This document shows, piece by piece, positions 9,555 through 18,691 of a DNA stretch of 64,000 nt. Origin of the DNA: a virus. Taxonomy: Duplodnaviria > Caudoviricetes. The stretch covers positions 36,896-100,895 of IMG/VR virus record IMGVR_UViG_3300012983_000036. One strand, 5' to 3'. Made by a program: the position numbers and the translations under genes. The stretch's first letter is position 1. Each line of letters starts with the position of its first letter. A model generated the notes under the pieces. It did not search any database and was not told the DNA's origin. It worked only from the letters and a program-made list of their open reading frames with translations.

Positions 9555-9799
9555 TGTTGGAAGTTATTTTATTAATGTTATTTGTTGTATTGCTTTCAGT
9601 AGCTATTGCCGTTTTTTGTATAGTTTTAGGAACTCTTGAACCTAAGAAAGTTTTTGAAATTACTTATTATACAGAAGACCATAAACGTTTGAATATTTTA
9701 GTTACTGCTAGGTCGGCAGCTGGAGCAGTTAAACAGTTTTATAAGTTAAAGGGGCGTACTAATAGTATTCATTATATAGAGGAGGAGCAGTGTGATTAA
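9554..9799 (+). CDS. single-pass membrane protein
   Basis: N-terminal hydrophobic helix; TAATG coupling. Confidence 0.7.
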   Translation: MLEVILLMLFVVLLSVAIAVFCIVLGTLEPKKVFEITYYTEDHKRLNILVTARSAAGAVKQFYKLKGRTNSIHYIEEEQCD

Positions 9800-10028
9800 A
9801 TATGAATTTCCTTGCTTTCCAGGAGATCCTGTTTGGTATATAGAACGTTATAATGGTAAGCCTTTGCGTGTAGGTAAGGATATAGTTCAAATGGTTGGTT
9901 TTACAACTCGTAGTGTTCAAATAAAACTAAGAGACCATAAAGATTTCAATAAAACATTCACTTGGGGCAAAACTGTATTTTCTTCACAAGATGATGCTTT
10001 AATAGCTTTTGCAAAAATGTCAAAATAA
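9792..10028 (+). CDS. hypothetical protein, paralogue family
   Basis: FPCFPGDPVWYI...WGKTVF. Confidence 0.7.
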   Translation: MIKYEFPCFPGDPVWYIERYNGKPLRVGKDIVQMVGFTTRSVQIKLRDHKDFNKTFTWGKTVFSSQDDALIAFAKMSK

Positions 10029-10031
10029 AAG

Positions 10032-10295
10032 GTGTTGATAAACTTGGCTTATAAGCAAGCACAGAATCGTAAAAAGCGTTTACGTAAAACATATAATCAA
10101 ACTAAAACTAAATATTGTAGTGGAGTGTGGTATGATGAGGAACGCGGATACTATTATAAATATCATGCTTCTAATACACCGGGTTATACAAAACGGTTAA
10201 GAAAAATGTCTAATAAAAGAGTACGTAGATTACAAGATCCGGGTAACCATAGTTCTTATAAAAGAGTATATGATTATAAATGGATACTTTTTTAA
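10032..10295 (+). CDS. basic hypothetical phage protein
   Basis: KRLRKMSNKRVRR...YKRVYDYKWILF. Confidence 0.65.
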   Translation: MLINLAYKQAQNRKKRLRKTYNQTKTKYCSGVWYDEERGYYYKYHASNTPGYTKRLRKMSNKRVRRLQDPGNHSSYKRVYDYKWILF

Positions 10296-10309
10296 CAGGA
10301 GATTGCTAG

Positions 10310-10702
10310 ATGGCTAAAACAATTTCAAAAAAGACTAGAGAAAAAGTTTATAATAAATATTATGGTCATTGTGCTTATTGTGGAAAAGAAATCCAATATA
10401 AAGATATGCAGTTAGACCATCTTATTCCTAAGCAGCGTGAACGTTTTAAAAAATATACAGAAGAAGAAATTGAATGCTTTGAGAACTACATGCCTTCTTG
10501 TAGAAGATGTAATCACTATAAGCGTGCACATTCGTTAGAAACTTTCAGACAGATGATTGAAGAAATACCTGCAAAGCTTTTTAGAGATAATTACATATAT
10601 AAAGTTGGTTTAGACTACCATTTAGTGGTTCCTCACGAGCATAAGGTTATATTTTTCTTTGAGCAAGTAGATAAAGCTAAGGCTAAAAAAGATAATTCAT
10701 AA
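10310..10702 (+). CDS. HNH endonuclease
   Basis: CAYCG...LDHLIP...N..PSCRRCNHYK. Confidence 0.9.
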   Translation: MAKTISKKTREKVYNKYYGHCAYCGKEIQYKDMQLDHLIPKQRERFKKYTEEEIECFENYMPSCRRCNHYKRAHSLETFRQMIEEIPAKLFRDNYIYKVGLDYHLVVPHEHKVIFFFEQVDKAKAKKDNS

Positions 10703-10724
10703 TATTTATGAATTATCTTTTTTA
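10684..10724 (+). terminator. intrinsic terminator overlapping HNH stop
   Basis: TAAAAAAGATAATTCATAA/TTATGAATTATCTTTTTTA 19-bp inverted repeat. Confidence 0.75.
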
Positions 10725-10736
10725 TTTTAAAATAAC

Positions 10737-10751
10737 TGCTAAATTATTTGA
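10737..10751 (+). promoter_or_regulatory. class B (putative late) promoter motif
   Basis: TGCTAAATTATTTGA; same core at 31208, 46651, 50329. Confidence 0.6.
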
Positions 10752-10781
10752 TTAAACTTTAAATAATAAGTAGGTGCATAT

Positions 10782-11627
10782 ATGAATTTTATTGAGGCTT
10801 TTGATAAGCTGGACCAAATAAATTCTGAGAGCTTACTTTTAAGTCAGCAACCATTAGATGAAGGACGTTCAATGCCGTATGCGCTAATTGTAATGCTTAA
10901 TGACGAATGGAAGCTCTTTAAAGGCCTTGATACAGAGCTTACTGAGGCCGAGCTAGACGACTTTTTGTTGGATAAGCCTGAATATGCTGATGCAAAAGTA
11001 ATTCTTACATCCGAGATACCTGAGTACATAAAAAAGAAGACGACTCTACAGGAACAGGATTTTTCAGATAGAGAATATCTTATTGCTGAGCTGACTAGGC
11101 TGGGTTATAATTATAACTTTGATAAATATTCTAATAGACAGCTATATTGTATTTTAAACAATACATTAAAGAAAATTGATAATGAAAGAACAAAAGCTGA
11201 AATGGCAGCTGCTGAACGTGAGTTAGCTAAAGAAAGATCTCGTGCTAAATGTTCTTTATGCGACTCTCCCTTGACCGATGGAGGTTATTGTCCAGTCTGC
11301 GATGATGGTGCAACAGATTTAAATGAAGGAAATTTTAATGGTAAACCTTCCAATATTAGCTGGAAAGCTGTACCTAGTACCTCTACAAATCAGTCTGCTG
11401 CGTATTCGTCTACTCAAAATCAGGCAAGTACTGGTAATATTGTAACTATTGTTTATGATAGAAAAGCTCACAAACTCAGAGCTCGTGCTGATGATGGAGT
11501 AAATGGAGAAGCAAATGTAGCATTCCCAAATAATTTAAGAACTACTGCGGGACAACAGTATGAAGTAGATAAACTTATTTGGAATGGTAAAAATTATCGA
11601 GTATCCGGAAATATAAAACCGGTATAA
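10782..11627 (+). CDS. modular protein, putative internal head protein
   Basis: Class B motif upstream; MNFIEAFDKL leader; LDE/LQE/LNE sites; CSLC..CPVC finger. Confidence 0.55.
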   Translation: MNFIEAFDKLDQINSESLLLSQQPLDEGRSMPYALIVMLNDEWKLFKGLDTELTEAELDDFLLDKPEYADAKVILTSEIPEYIKKKTTLQEQDFSDREYLIAELTRLGYNYNFDKYSNRQLYCILNNTLKKIDNERTKAEMAAAERELAKERSRAKCSLCDSPLTDGGYCPVCDDGATDLNEGNFNGKPSNISWKAVPSTSTNQSAAYSSTQNQASTGNIVTIVYDRKAHKLRARADDGVNGEANVAFPNNLRTTAGQQYEVDKLIWNGKNYRVSGNIKPV

Positions 11628-11659
11628 ATAAAAAATTAAATTTTAAGGAGATTACTAAA

Positions 11660-12115
11660 ATGAGTTATTTTATGAGTGTATTTGAAGACCTTAATGCAAT
11701 TTATGACGAAGGTCTTGAGTCAGAAGTTAAAGAAGAACTTACTGAGGAAGTTATGTCTGAACCTGCTTCTGTTGAAACTGAAGCAAAACCAGCAGAGGAA
11801 GCTCTTACAGAAGATTCTGAAGAAATACCTGCAGATGAAGAGACTGAAGAACCTAGACAGCTTATCTTAGAGTGTGACAAATGTGGAGCTCTTGTTATTA
11901 AAGCAGAAACAGATGTTGCTATAGATGAGGCTACTGATCTTGTTAACGTAGAAGAAACTTGTCAGTATTGTGAAGAAACCGCTGGCTATAAAATTATCGG
12001 TATAGTTGCACCTTTTGAAACTGCTGAAGATGTATCTGAAGAAGCTCCTGAAGAAGCACCTGAAATTGAACAAGAGGCAGATGCTATAGAAGACTTTGAA
12101 GTTGTTGAAGACTGA
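11660..12115 (+). CDS. acidic protein with Zn-finger, putative internal head protein
   Basis: MSYFMSVFEDLNAIYDE leader; LTE sites; CDKC..CQYC. Confidence 0.55.
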   Translation: MSYFMSVFEDLNAIYDEGLESEVKEELTEEVMSEPASVETEAKPAEEALTEDSEEIPADEETEEPRQLILECDKCGALVIKAETDVAIDEATDLVNVEETCQYCEETAGYKIIGIVAPFETAEDVSEEAPEEAPEIEQEADAIEDFEVVED

Positions 12116-12147
12116 TCAATTATTTAAAATTAAATATAGTTAATTTG

Positions 12148-12181
12148 TAAGAGGTTTGGTATTAATTTATCAAACCTCTTA
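12148..12181 (+). terminator. stem-loop / terminator
   Basis: TAAGAGGTTTGGTA/TATCAAACCTCTTA. Confidence 0.65.
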
Positions 12182-12182
12182 T

Positions 12183-12191
12183 TGTATATTA
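12183..12191 (+). promoter_or_regulatory. class A promoter-like motif
   Basis: TGTATATTA followed by TAATA. Confidence 0.6.
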
Positions 12192-12224
12192 TAATATAAA
12201 TTTATATAATGAGGAGTACTTTAT

Positions 12225-12599
12225 ATGTTTAGTGTATATGTTTTAACTAGTACAGATGAAATTAAAAAGGTTGTGTGTAAATCCTGTGCTAAAAGAGGCG
12301 AAGTGCTTTCAGCATGTCCTGAATGCGGAGGAGCTGGAGTACATCGAAAATCTGTTCAGAGGTATAAGGTAAAAGATAGACCTATAGAACTTGTCCAGGT
12401 AGACAGAGATCCTCGTACTGGACTTATTAGATATTGGACTGGCTTAGGTGATTTTTATTATGAAAGTACCTATCCAACTTTAAATCGTTTTGTACCTGAA
12501 GTGCCTTATGGTATACATTTTGTACATGGTAATAAAGATTCAGCACAAGCGGAAGCTGATAGAATTAATGCTTTTTTAGCTAAGCAGGAAAGAGGATAA
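12225..12599 (+). CDS. hypothetical protein with DnaJ-like CxxCxGxG finger
   Basis: CKSC...CPECGGAG. Confidence 0.7.
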   Translation: MFSVYVLTSTDEIKKVVCKSCAKRGEVLSACPECGGAGVHRKSVQRYKVKDRPIELVQVDRDPRTGLIRYWTGLGDFYYESTYPTLNRFVPEVPYGIHFVHGNKDSAQAEADRINAFLAKQERG

Positions 12600-12604
12600 G
12601 CTTT

Positions 12605-12799
12605 ATGACCGATAACTTATTTATACATAAGTGTTATGAAGACTGCGAGGTAGGTAAAGCTAAAAGTAAAATCTTATTAGCTGACCATAATTCTGTAGCA
12701 GATGCTGCGTCAGACTTTAGATACTTTATTAATGACTGTCGAAAAACTTGTACTCGATGTCGTGAATGCTCACAGAAATTAGGAGGCTGTAAGAAATAA
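12605..12799 (+). CDS. hypothetical Cys-rich protein
   Basis: GAGGA RBS. Confidence 0.65.
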   Translation: MTDNLFIHKCYEDCEVGKAKSKILLADHNSVADAASDFRYFINDCRKTCTRCRECSQKLGGCKK

Positions 12800-13068
12800 T
12801 GCTTAAAACTTTTAATGACTATATTTTAGATTTAACTGTTACACCACAGACTTTGCTTTTGCCTGAGGATGCTCAAATTGTTGCTTTAAGAGAAGCATCA
12901 GATAAGCTTATTATGACAGCTTTAATTGATGCTAACGAAACTTATGGAAAAATAAGAGCTTTTCAAATTTGTACCTTATCTAATGTAATTTTAGCCAATG
13001 AGGTTATTTATATAGGCACTTGTGAAACTGAACTTTTAGGCCAAATTTATCTTGTTGAAATAAAATAA
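12799..13068 (+). CDS. hypothetical protein
   Basis: TAATG coupling, AGGAGG RBS. Confidence 0.7.
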   Translation: MLKTFNDYILDLTVTPQTLLLPEDAQIVALREASDKLIMTALIDANETYGKIRAFQICTLSNVILANEVIYIGTCETELLGQIYLVEIK

Positions 13069-13085
13069 TTATTAAAAGTGTTAAA

Positions 13086-13123
13086 AAAGTCGTTATTATA
13101 ATGTATATTATAATAACGACTTT
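13086..13123 (+). promoter_or_regulatory. class A motif centred in a 17-bp inverted repeat
   Basis: AAAGTCGTTATTATAAT-GTAT-ATTATAATAACGACTTT. Confidence 0.6.
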
Positions 13124-13144
13124 ATTTTTAGGGAGGTTAAAAAT

Positions 13145-13483
13145 ATGCCTGATATAAGACCTTGTAGCTGTTGTGGAAAAGAAAAAGAAGTTTTTGTAGC
13201 TTGTTCTATGCTTGGTGCTATTTCTTTTGCCTATTGTGCTGATTGTCTTAATGCTGGCGTGGAACCTTACGATACTTTAGTAGATTATATCTCTTTTGCG
13301 GGTGCTTATCCTGAAGATATTCAGCCAGATTGGTTAGATTTTATAAAGCTTAATTTGGAGTTTTATAACAAAACAGAAGAACAATTTAAAAAAGACCTTA
13401 GAAAAGCTGAGGAAGCTTTGTCTCGAGATTTTTGTCAGACAGCCTCACAAACTGAAAACTGGGAAGGAGATTTTTTAATATGA
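13145..13483 (+). CDS. hypothetical Zn-binding protein
   Basis: CSCCG...YCADC; GGAGG RBS. Confidence 0.75.
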   Translation: MPDIRPCSCCGKEKEVFVACSMLGAISFAYCADCLNAGVEPYDTLVDYISFAGAYPEDIQPDWLDFIKLNLEFYNKTEEQFKKDLRKAEEALSRDFCQTASQTENWEGDFLI

Positions 13484-13728
13484 AAACTGTAGACGATGTT
13501 ATGATTTGTCCTCACTGTGGCAGTGACGATTGCTATATGTATAATACTGATGAATGCAATTTTAATGAGGACAGCACTGGTAAATACATTATTGATTGTT
13601 CTTGTAGAACCTGTAATAAGTATTTTAGGCTTTATGCTAATTTTACTTATAATATAACTTCTGCCGGTGCCTATACAGGTTGTGGAAAAGATAGACAATT
13701 TAAACAAATTTATAATGAGGAGGATTAA
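13480..13728 (+). CDS. Zn-ribbon protein
   Basis: CPHCGS...CRTC. Confidence 0.7.
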   Translation: MKTVDDVMICPHCGSDDCYMYNTDECNFNEDSTGKYIIDCSCRTCNKYFRLYANFTYNITSAGAYTGCGKDRQFKQIYNEED

Positions 13729-13730
13729 AT

Positions 13731-14033
13731 ATGTCTTTAGTAACTAATTTAAAAAATATTAATTCTCAAGCAGATTTATTTAATTATATTTGTCAGCTGG
13801 AAGAGGACATTGAAGCTAAAGAAAAAATCATAGATAATCAGATACTTAAAATTGCTGATCTTGCTACTGAAAATGATGCTCTTACTAAAAAAGTTAAAAA
13901 GCTTACTGCTGCACTTGAAGAAAAAAATATTAATTTAGAGACACAAGAAAATCGATTTATTGATTCTGCTGTTCTTGAGGATAGTGCTTTAGACTCAGCT
14001 AGTAGAACTGCTGATTTTTCAAAAATTTATTAA
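13731..14033 (+). CDS. coiled-coil hypothetical protein
   Basis: Heptad pattern; GGAGG RBS. Confidence 0.7.
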   Translation: MSLVTNLKNINSQADLFNYICQLEEDIEAKEKIIDNQILKIADLATENDALTKKVKKLTAALEEKNINLETQENRFIDSAVLEDSALDSASRTADFSKIY

Positions 14034-14047
14034 AGGTAGGAATAAAT

Positions 14048-14470
14048 ATGAAAAGTGTTAAAGAAATTAAAGATAAGATTAAAACAGGTTTTGAACATGA
14101 CGTATTTGGTTTTGGAGTAGATGACCTTATTGAAGTACTTCCTTTTGAGGTGGCTAAAGAATACCTTCACGAGAGCTTTCTTAATAAATCAACTGCGGAA
14201 GAAGAGTGGGAAGCGCTTAGACTTAAAACTGATGATGACATAAAGGATAAGATGTTTGATTATCTTTCTTTTGCTTGGGATAAAGCTGATGGTTGCAGAG
14301 GTCTTTCAGCAGATAGAAGTATTCGTCATTTTGCAGCATGGGCTTGGCTTATTGACGATGAGCTTTATAGTAAGATTGAAGATATGTACGAAAATAACTA
14401 TGCTCCATATGGTAAACCTATTCTTACTTTTATTGGAGATAAGCTCGGTTACCAGAAAAAGATAGCTTGA
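14048..14470 (+). CDS. conserved hypothetical phage protein
   Basis: FAWDKA..RGLSADRS..HF..W.W...YGKPIL. Confidence 0.75.
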   Translation: MKSVKEIKDKIKTGFEHDVFGFGVDDLIEVLPFEVAKEYLHESFLNKSTAEEEWEALRLKTDDDIKDKMFDYLSFAWDKADGCRGLSADRSIRHFAAWAWLIDDELYSKIEDMYENNYAPYGKPILTFIGDKLGYQKKIA

Positions 14471-14483
14471 GAGGTCTTTTAAA

Positions 14484-14828
14484 ATGTTAGAATTTGGTGA
14501 TATTATATATAGACCTTGTCTCAGTTATGCAGGTAAGAAGAATTTTATAAATAGTCAAATCGTGTTGGATGTAAAAGATTACGGTTCTGGCCCGGTTATT
14601 CACAGTATCGATGCCTTTGGTCAAAAGTGGTCAGATTTTTATGATACTGCTTTAGATTCAATTATTTTTACAGATAAAGAAATTGCTAAGCAGTGTCTAG
14701 CTAAAAAAATTTCAGAGAAAGCTGTTAAAGTAGCTAATTCTACTATTTCATGCCCTCTAAAAGATCTTGATACTGAAAAGCTTTATTCATCACAGGGTTG
14801 TTGTTTTTCTACTATAAATTTTAAGTAA
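14484..14828 (+). CDS. hypothetical protein, paralogue family (divergent)
   Basis: LEFGDIIY...IIFTDKEIA. Confidence 0.65.
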   Translation: MLEFGDIIYRPCLSYAGKKNFINSQIVLDVKDYGSGPVIHSIDAFGQKWSDFYDTALDSIIFTDKEIAKQCLAKKISEKAVKVANSTISCPLKDLDTEKLYSSQGCCFSTINFK

Positions 14829-14843
14829 GTTAGAGGTTTATTT

Positions 14844-15068
14844 ATGTCATATTTAGATAATATTATGCGAATCGACTTTGAAACGGGTTGCTATACTTCT
14901 AGCGGTGAATTAGTGACAGGAACTGAAAGAACTATGACGATTCTTTATAATAAAACAGTTATAACTGAAGCTGAGGTTAGAAAGCTTCTTGGTTCTGGTG
15001 AATATGAATATGATTCTCGTATAATAGTAACTACACCTGTACAAGCTCAAAATTTGAAAGGTAAATGA
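14844..15068 (+). CDS. hypothetical protein
   Basis: GAGG RBS. Confidence 0.65.
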   Translation: MSYLDNIMRIDFETGCYTSSGELVTGTERTMTILYNKTVITEAEVRKLLGSGEYEYDSRIIVTTPVQAQNLKGK

Positions 15069-15072
15069 AAGT

Positions 15073-15822
15073 ATGTATAAACTTTTACAAGGGGACTGCG
15101 TTGAATTATTAGCAGAAATTCCTGATAATAGCATTGATTTAATTTTGACAGACCCACCTTATATTATAAGTAAAAAAAGTGGTTTTGCTAATTGTAATGA
15201 GAACACTTCTGCAGAATGTCTAACTAAATTTGGTGGTTATAAAACAGACTTTGGTGATTGGGATAAAGAACCTCTTGAGTTAGAAGTTCTTTTACATATA
15301 TTTTTTAAAAAGCTTAAACCTAGCGGTTCTCTTATAATGTTCTATGATTTTTGGAAGATGCAGGAATTAAAAGAAGCTGCAGAGCTTATTGGTTTTAAAC
15401 AACCTAGACTTGGTTGTTGGAATAAAACTAATCCAGTACCTATTAATTCAAAACTTAATTACTTATCGAATGGTAAAGAATTTTTTGTATCTTTTGTAAA
15501 AAAGTCTAAGCCTATTTTTAATTCAGAATATGACACAGGTGAGTATTATATACCTGAACAGGAATCATATGATACTTTTTTCTATCCTATTTGCCATGGT
15601 AAAGAGCGTACTATACATCCTACGCAGAAACCGTTAGCGTTAATTAAGGAGCTAGTGCTAAAGCATTCTAATGAAGGTTGCCTCATTTTAGACCCATTTA
15701 TGGGTAGTGGTACCACAGGAGTGGCTTGTCTTGAGTCTAATCGAAATTTTATTGGTATAGAACTTGATAATGACTTTTTTATATGTGCAGAGAATAGAAT
15801 TGGAGGTTTAAATGGCAGATAA
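15073..15822 (+). CDS. orphan N6-adenine/N4-cytosine DNA methyltransferase (beta class)
   Basis: LILTDPPY before HPTQKP and LDPFMGSGTTG. Confidence 0.93.
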   Translation: MYKLLQGDCVELLAEIPDNSIDLILTDPPYIISKKSGFANCNENTSAECLTKFGGYKTDFGDWDKEPLELEVLLHIFFKKLKPSGSLIMFYDFWKMQELKEAAELIGFKQPRLGCWNKTNPVPINSKLNYLSNGKEFFVSFVKKSKPIFNSEYDTGEYYIPEQESYDTFFYPICHGKERTIHPTQKPLALIKELVLKHSNEGCLILDPFMGSGTTGVACLESNRNFIGIELDNDFFICAENRIGGLNGR

Positions 15823-16051
15823 GACTTTTAGTATAGAAGTAACTATGGAAGAGCGTTGGATAGACCATTTTTGTTCAATGTTAAAATATATGGAGCATTG
15901 TGGAAATGTGGGGCATTCTGAAATAGTCTCTTTTTATTCCGACGGAGATGGTGATTTTAGACCCAAATTTGAAATTGGTACTGATTTTAATATTACCAAT
16001 TCTCGAGCCAGCCTCGCTCAAAATGTAACCACTTTATATGATGCTGGATAA
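15812..16051 (+). CDS. conserved hypothetical phage protein
   Basis: G.SE.VSFYSDGDGDFRPKF. Confidence 0.7.
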   Translation: MADKTFSIEVTMEERWIDHFCSMLKYMEHCGNVGHSEIVSFYSDGDGDFRPKFEIGTDFNITNSRASLAQNVTTLYDAG

Positions 16052-16062
16052 ATTATTTTATG

Positions 16063-16092
16063 GGTTATCTTAGAAAATTTTCTAAGATAACC
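16063..16092. repeat. perfect 30-bp palindrome (terminator or operator)
   Basis: GGTTATCTTAGAAAATTTTCTAAGATAACC. Confidence 0.8.
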
Positions 16093-16103
16093 TAAATATT
16101 TAC

Positions 16104-16112
16104 CGTATTATA
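16104..16112 (+). promoter_or_regulatory. class A promoter-like motif
   Basis: CGTATTATA. Confidence 0.55.
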
Positions 16113-16147
16113 TCATGTAATTTATATTTATAAGAGAGGTTATTATA

Positions 16148-16426
16148 ATGATTAAAGCTGAAGAACTAGTTGAGCGTCTTTATCAGCATATTGAAAATTA
16201 TGAACAAGGAAAAACGCAAGATTTTGAAAAAGTTTTTTCAGATTGTAAACTTGCTGCTGATATGATTAAAATTCTAAAGGCTAGTAAACATACTCAAAAG
16301 AGACAGAGACAGCGATTAAGTAAGAAAAATCGAGATAAAACTAAACAAATAGAAGCTCTCACTGCTGAAATAGCAGTACTTCGAAATAAAAATTCAGTAA
16401 AGGAGGCAGATTATGCCAATACATGA
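16148..16426 (+). CDS. hypothetical coiled-coil protein
   Basis: GAGG RBS. Confidence 0.7.
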   Translation: MIKAEELVERLYQHIENYEQGKTQDFEKVFSDCKLAADMIKILKASKHTQKRQRQRLSKKNRDKTKQIEALTAEIAVLRNKNSVKEADYANT

Positions 16427-17282
16427 TGACCTTGGCACAAGAATGAAGTCTTTTTATGAGCAAGTGCCGAAAACCAGACTAGTACGTCGTATGCCTGTTG
16501 CTATTAGAATTGATGGTAAGGCTTTTCATACCTTTACCAGAGGCTTTGCGAAACCTTTTGATGATATTTTAATGCGGTCTATGCAAGAGACTATGAAGTA
16601 TCTATGCGAAAATATTCAGGGTTGTGTTTTAGGCTATGCACAGTCAGATGAAATTACTTTAATTTTAGTAGACTATAAAAAGCTTACTTCTTCTGCCTGG
16701 TTTGACTATGAAGTTCAGAAAATGTGTAGTATTGCGAGTAGTATGGCTACCATGGCTTTTAATAAAATTTTCACAGATAGAGTAAAGTCTTATGATCTTG
16801 CTTGGAAGTCTGGGATGACACCTCAGAGTGTTGAAATTCAAAAATCCCATAATAATTATATGAATGCTCTTTATAAAGCTATCGAAAAAGGTGCCATGTT
16901 TGATGCTAGAGTTTTTAACATTCCAAAAGAAGAAGTAGCTAATCTTATTTATTGGAGACAGCTTGATGCAACTCGAAATAGTATTCAAATGGTAGGCCAA
17001 GCTAATTTTTCATACAAAGAACTACAAAATAAGTCTTGTAATGATATTCAAGATATGTTAATGACTCAGAAACATATTAATTGGAATGATTTTCCAGTTG
17101 ATTGTAAAAGAGGTAGTTGCTGTATTAAAAAAGCTCAAATAAATACTGCTAATTGTGAATCTCACCCTTCTGGCACAGTAAGAGCTGCAAGAACCTCTTG
17201 GGTAATTGATACTGATATTCCTATTTTTAAAGAATCCGGAAGGGATTACATAGATAACCTTATTTTTATTGGAGAAGAGTGA
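16413..17282 (+). CDS. tRNA(His) guanylyltransferase Thg1-like 3'-5' polymerase
   Basis: RMKSFYE, IRIDGKAFHTFT, YAQSDEI, FDARVF, WRQLDATRNS. Confidence 0.93.
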   Translation: MPIHDDLGTRMKSFYEQVPKTRLVRRMPVAIRIDGKAFHTFTRGFAKPFDDILMRSMQETMKYLCENIQGCVLGYAQSDEITLILVDYKKLTSSAWFDYEVQKMCSIASSMATMAFNKIFTDRVKSYDLAWKSGMTPQSVEIQKSHNNYMNALYKAIEKGAMFDARVFNIPKEEVANLIYWRQLDATRNSIQMVGQANFSYKELQNKSCNDIQDMLMTQKHINWNDFPVDCKRGSCCIKKAQINTANCESHPSGTVRAARTSWVIDTDIPIFKESGRDYIDNLIFIGEE

Positions 17283-17291
17283 TTTAGCTAT

Positions 17292-17537
17292 ATGTGCGAG
17301 TATTGTGGTGAAAATATTGATGGTAGTTGTCCTAACTACAAAATTCATCCTTCTTTTTACTTAGTGGACGAGGGTACTCAAGAGCTTTTAGTACCTAATG
17401 GTAATAATACTACTATGTATTTACGTGAATATTCCCCCACTCTATGGTCTATCATTTGTGAACTTGCTGACGAGGAAGGTAATGTTGTAGAAACTCCTGT
17501 AGACTTTTGTCCTAAATGTGGACGTAAGCTTATTTAA
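17292..17537 (+). CDS. Zn-ribbon protein
   Basis: MCEYC...FCPKCGRKL. Confidence 0.75.
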   Translation: MCEYCGENIDGSCPNYKIHPSFYLVDEGTQELLVPNGNNTTMYLREYSPTLWSIICELADEEGNVVETPVDFCPKCGRKLI

Positions 17538-17552
17538 TAGGGAGGTGATATT

Positions 17553-17936
17553 ATGCAACGTAGATTATATCGTGCTAGACGTACAGATAATAATGAGCTA
17601 GTATATGGTTCACCTATATTTCAGGATAATTATGTATTAATTCGTTTTTGGAATAGTGAAGAATCTATATTTGTAGAATACTTGGTTGACCCAGATTCAT
17701 TATCTGAGCATACTGGCATAAAAGATAAAAACGGAGTGCCAGTGTTTGAAAATGACTTTATAAAACTTAATGATGATGTAAAAGAGTTATTTGATTTAAG
17801 AGATGGCTTTGTTACTTATTTAGGCGGTTGTTTTATTATAGCAGGAAATAAAGGTAATTTCTTATGTTCTTTACATGCTCTTTCAGATATGAATTGGGTT
17901 TTACGTGGTGAAGTTATTAATAATAAAGAAAGGTAA
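17553..17936 (+). CDS. YopX-family protein
   Basis: YRARRTDNNELVYG...HTGIKDKNGVPVFENDFI. Confidence 0.85.
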   Translation: MQRRLYRARRTDNNELVYGSPIFQDNYVLIRFWNSEESIFVEYLVDPDSLSEHTGIKDKNGVPVFENDFIKLNDDVKELFDLRDGFVTYLGGCFIIAGNKGNFLCSLHALSDMNWVLRGEVINNKER

Positions 17937-17944
17937 TCAATAAC

Positions 17945-18205
17945 ATGAAAAGATTTTTAGGTATTATTTTAGTGCTTATTCTTATTGTAGCACTTTTCAC
18001 TGGTTGTAACGTATCAATGGGTTTAGGCTCTTATGAGTATAATAAAGTTCACGTCGACACTTATCACTATTCAGGTTGTTTAGATGTGGACAAGTGGTAT
18101 GACAACTCAACAGGTCTCGAAATAAAGACAGAAGACGGGCAGTCAATGTTTTTTTCTGAAGGGACCTACATATTAATTGAAGATGATTGTCCTTTTTGTG
18201 AATAA
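17945..18205 (+). CDS. putative lipoprotein
   Basis: MKRF + hydrophobic core + LFTGC lipobox. Confidence 0.75.
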   Translation: MKRFLGIILVLILIVALFTGCNVSMGLGSYEYNKVHVDTYHYSGCLDVDKWYDNSTGLEIKTEDGQSMFFSEGTYILIEDDCPFCE

Positions 18206-18227
18206 TTTTTAAGGTGACATTTAAAGT

Positions 18228-18262
18228 GACATCCAAAGTGCAAAAATTGCACTTTGGATGTC
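18228..18262. repeat. 16-bp inverted repeat abutting class A motif (CGTATTATA 18262-18270)
   Basis: GACATCCAAAGTGCAA-AAA-TTGCACTTTGGATGTC. Confidence 0.8.
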
Positions 18263-18298
18263 GTATTATATTTATATAGAATTTTATAGGAGTTTATT

Positions 18299-18691
18299 AT
18301 GTTATCTTGGAATGTCTGGCTTGAAGATACAGCCAAAAAAACTATCATTGCTTATGATATTTTTAAAGGTGGCTATTGGCAAGAAATTATTGATAAGCTA
18401 ATGCACGAGTCAATTAATAAAGCCGAGTTTGCTGAGAAATTCAAAGCTAAGCTTAAGTACCAATATTGGAGTCGAAGTGAATATGAAATTAGCCTTACTT
18501 CTTGGCCTGCATATGTTGAAGTGACTAGGTTAGAAGACTTAAAAAAATCTGTGGATTTTGAAAAGCAACAGTGGGGTATCCAACCTTATAGAGTTGCTGT
18601 GCCACTTACAGTAGCTAGAAAAATTGATATTTATGAGCAGCTTCTATTAAATTGGGATCCTTTTATAAATTATGTATGGGAGAATGCTTAA
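18299..18691 (+). CDS. conserved hypothetical phage protein
   Basis: YQYWSRSEYEI...KIDIYEQL..NW..F..YVW. Confidence 0.75.
   Translation: MLSWNVWLEDTAKKTIIAYDIFKGGYWQEIIDKLMHESINKAEFAEKFKAKLKYQYWSRSEYEISLTSWPAYVEVTRLEDLKKSVDFEKQQWGIQPYRVAVPLTVARKIDIYEQLLLNWDPFINYVWENA

Noticed and set aside
10310-10702. HNH gene as part of an intron or intein
   Set aside because: Free-standing with RBS and terminator; flanking genes are not split
15073-15822. Restriction-modification system
   Set aside because: No adjacent endonuclease; the HNH gene is over 4 kb away in another unit; orphan methyltransferases are routine in phages
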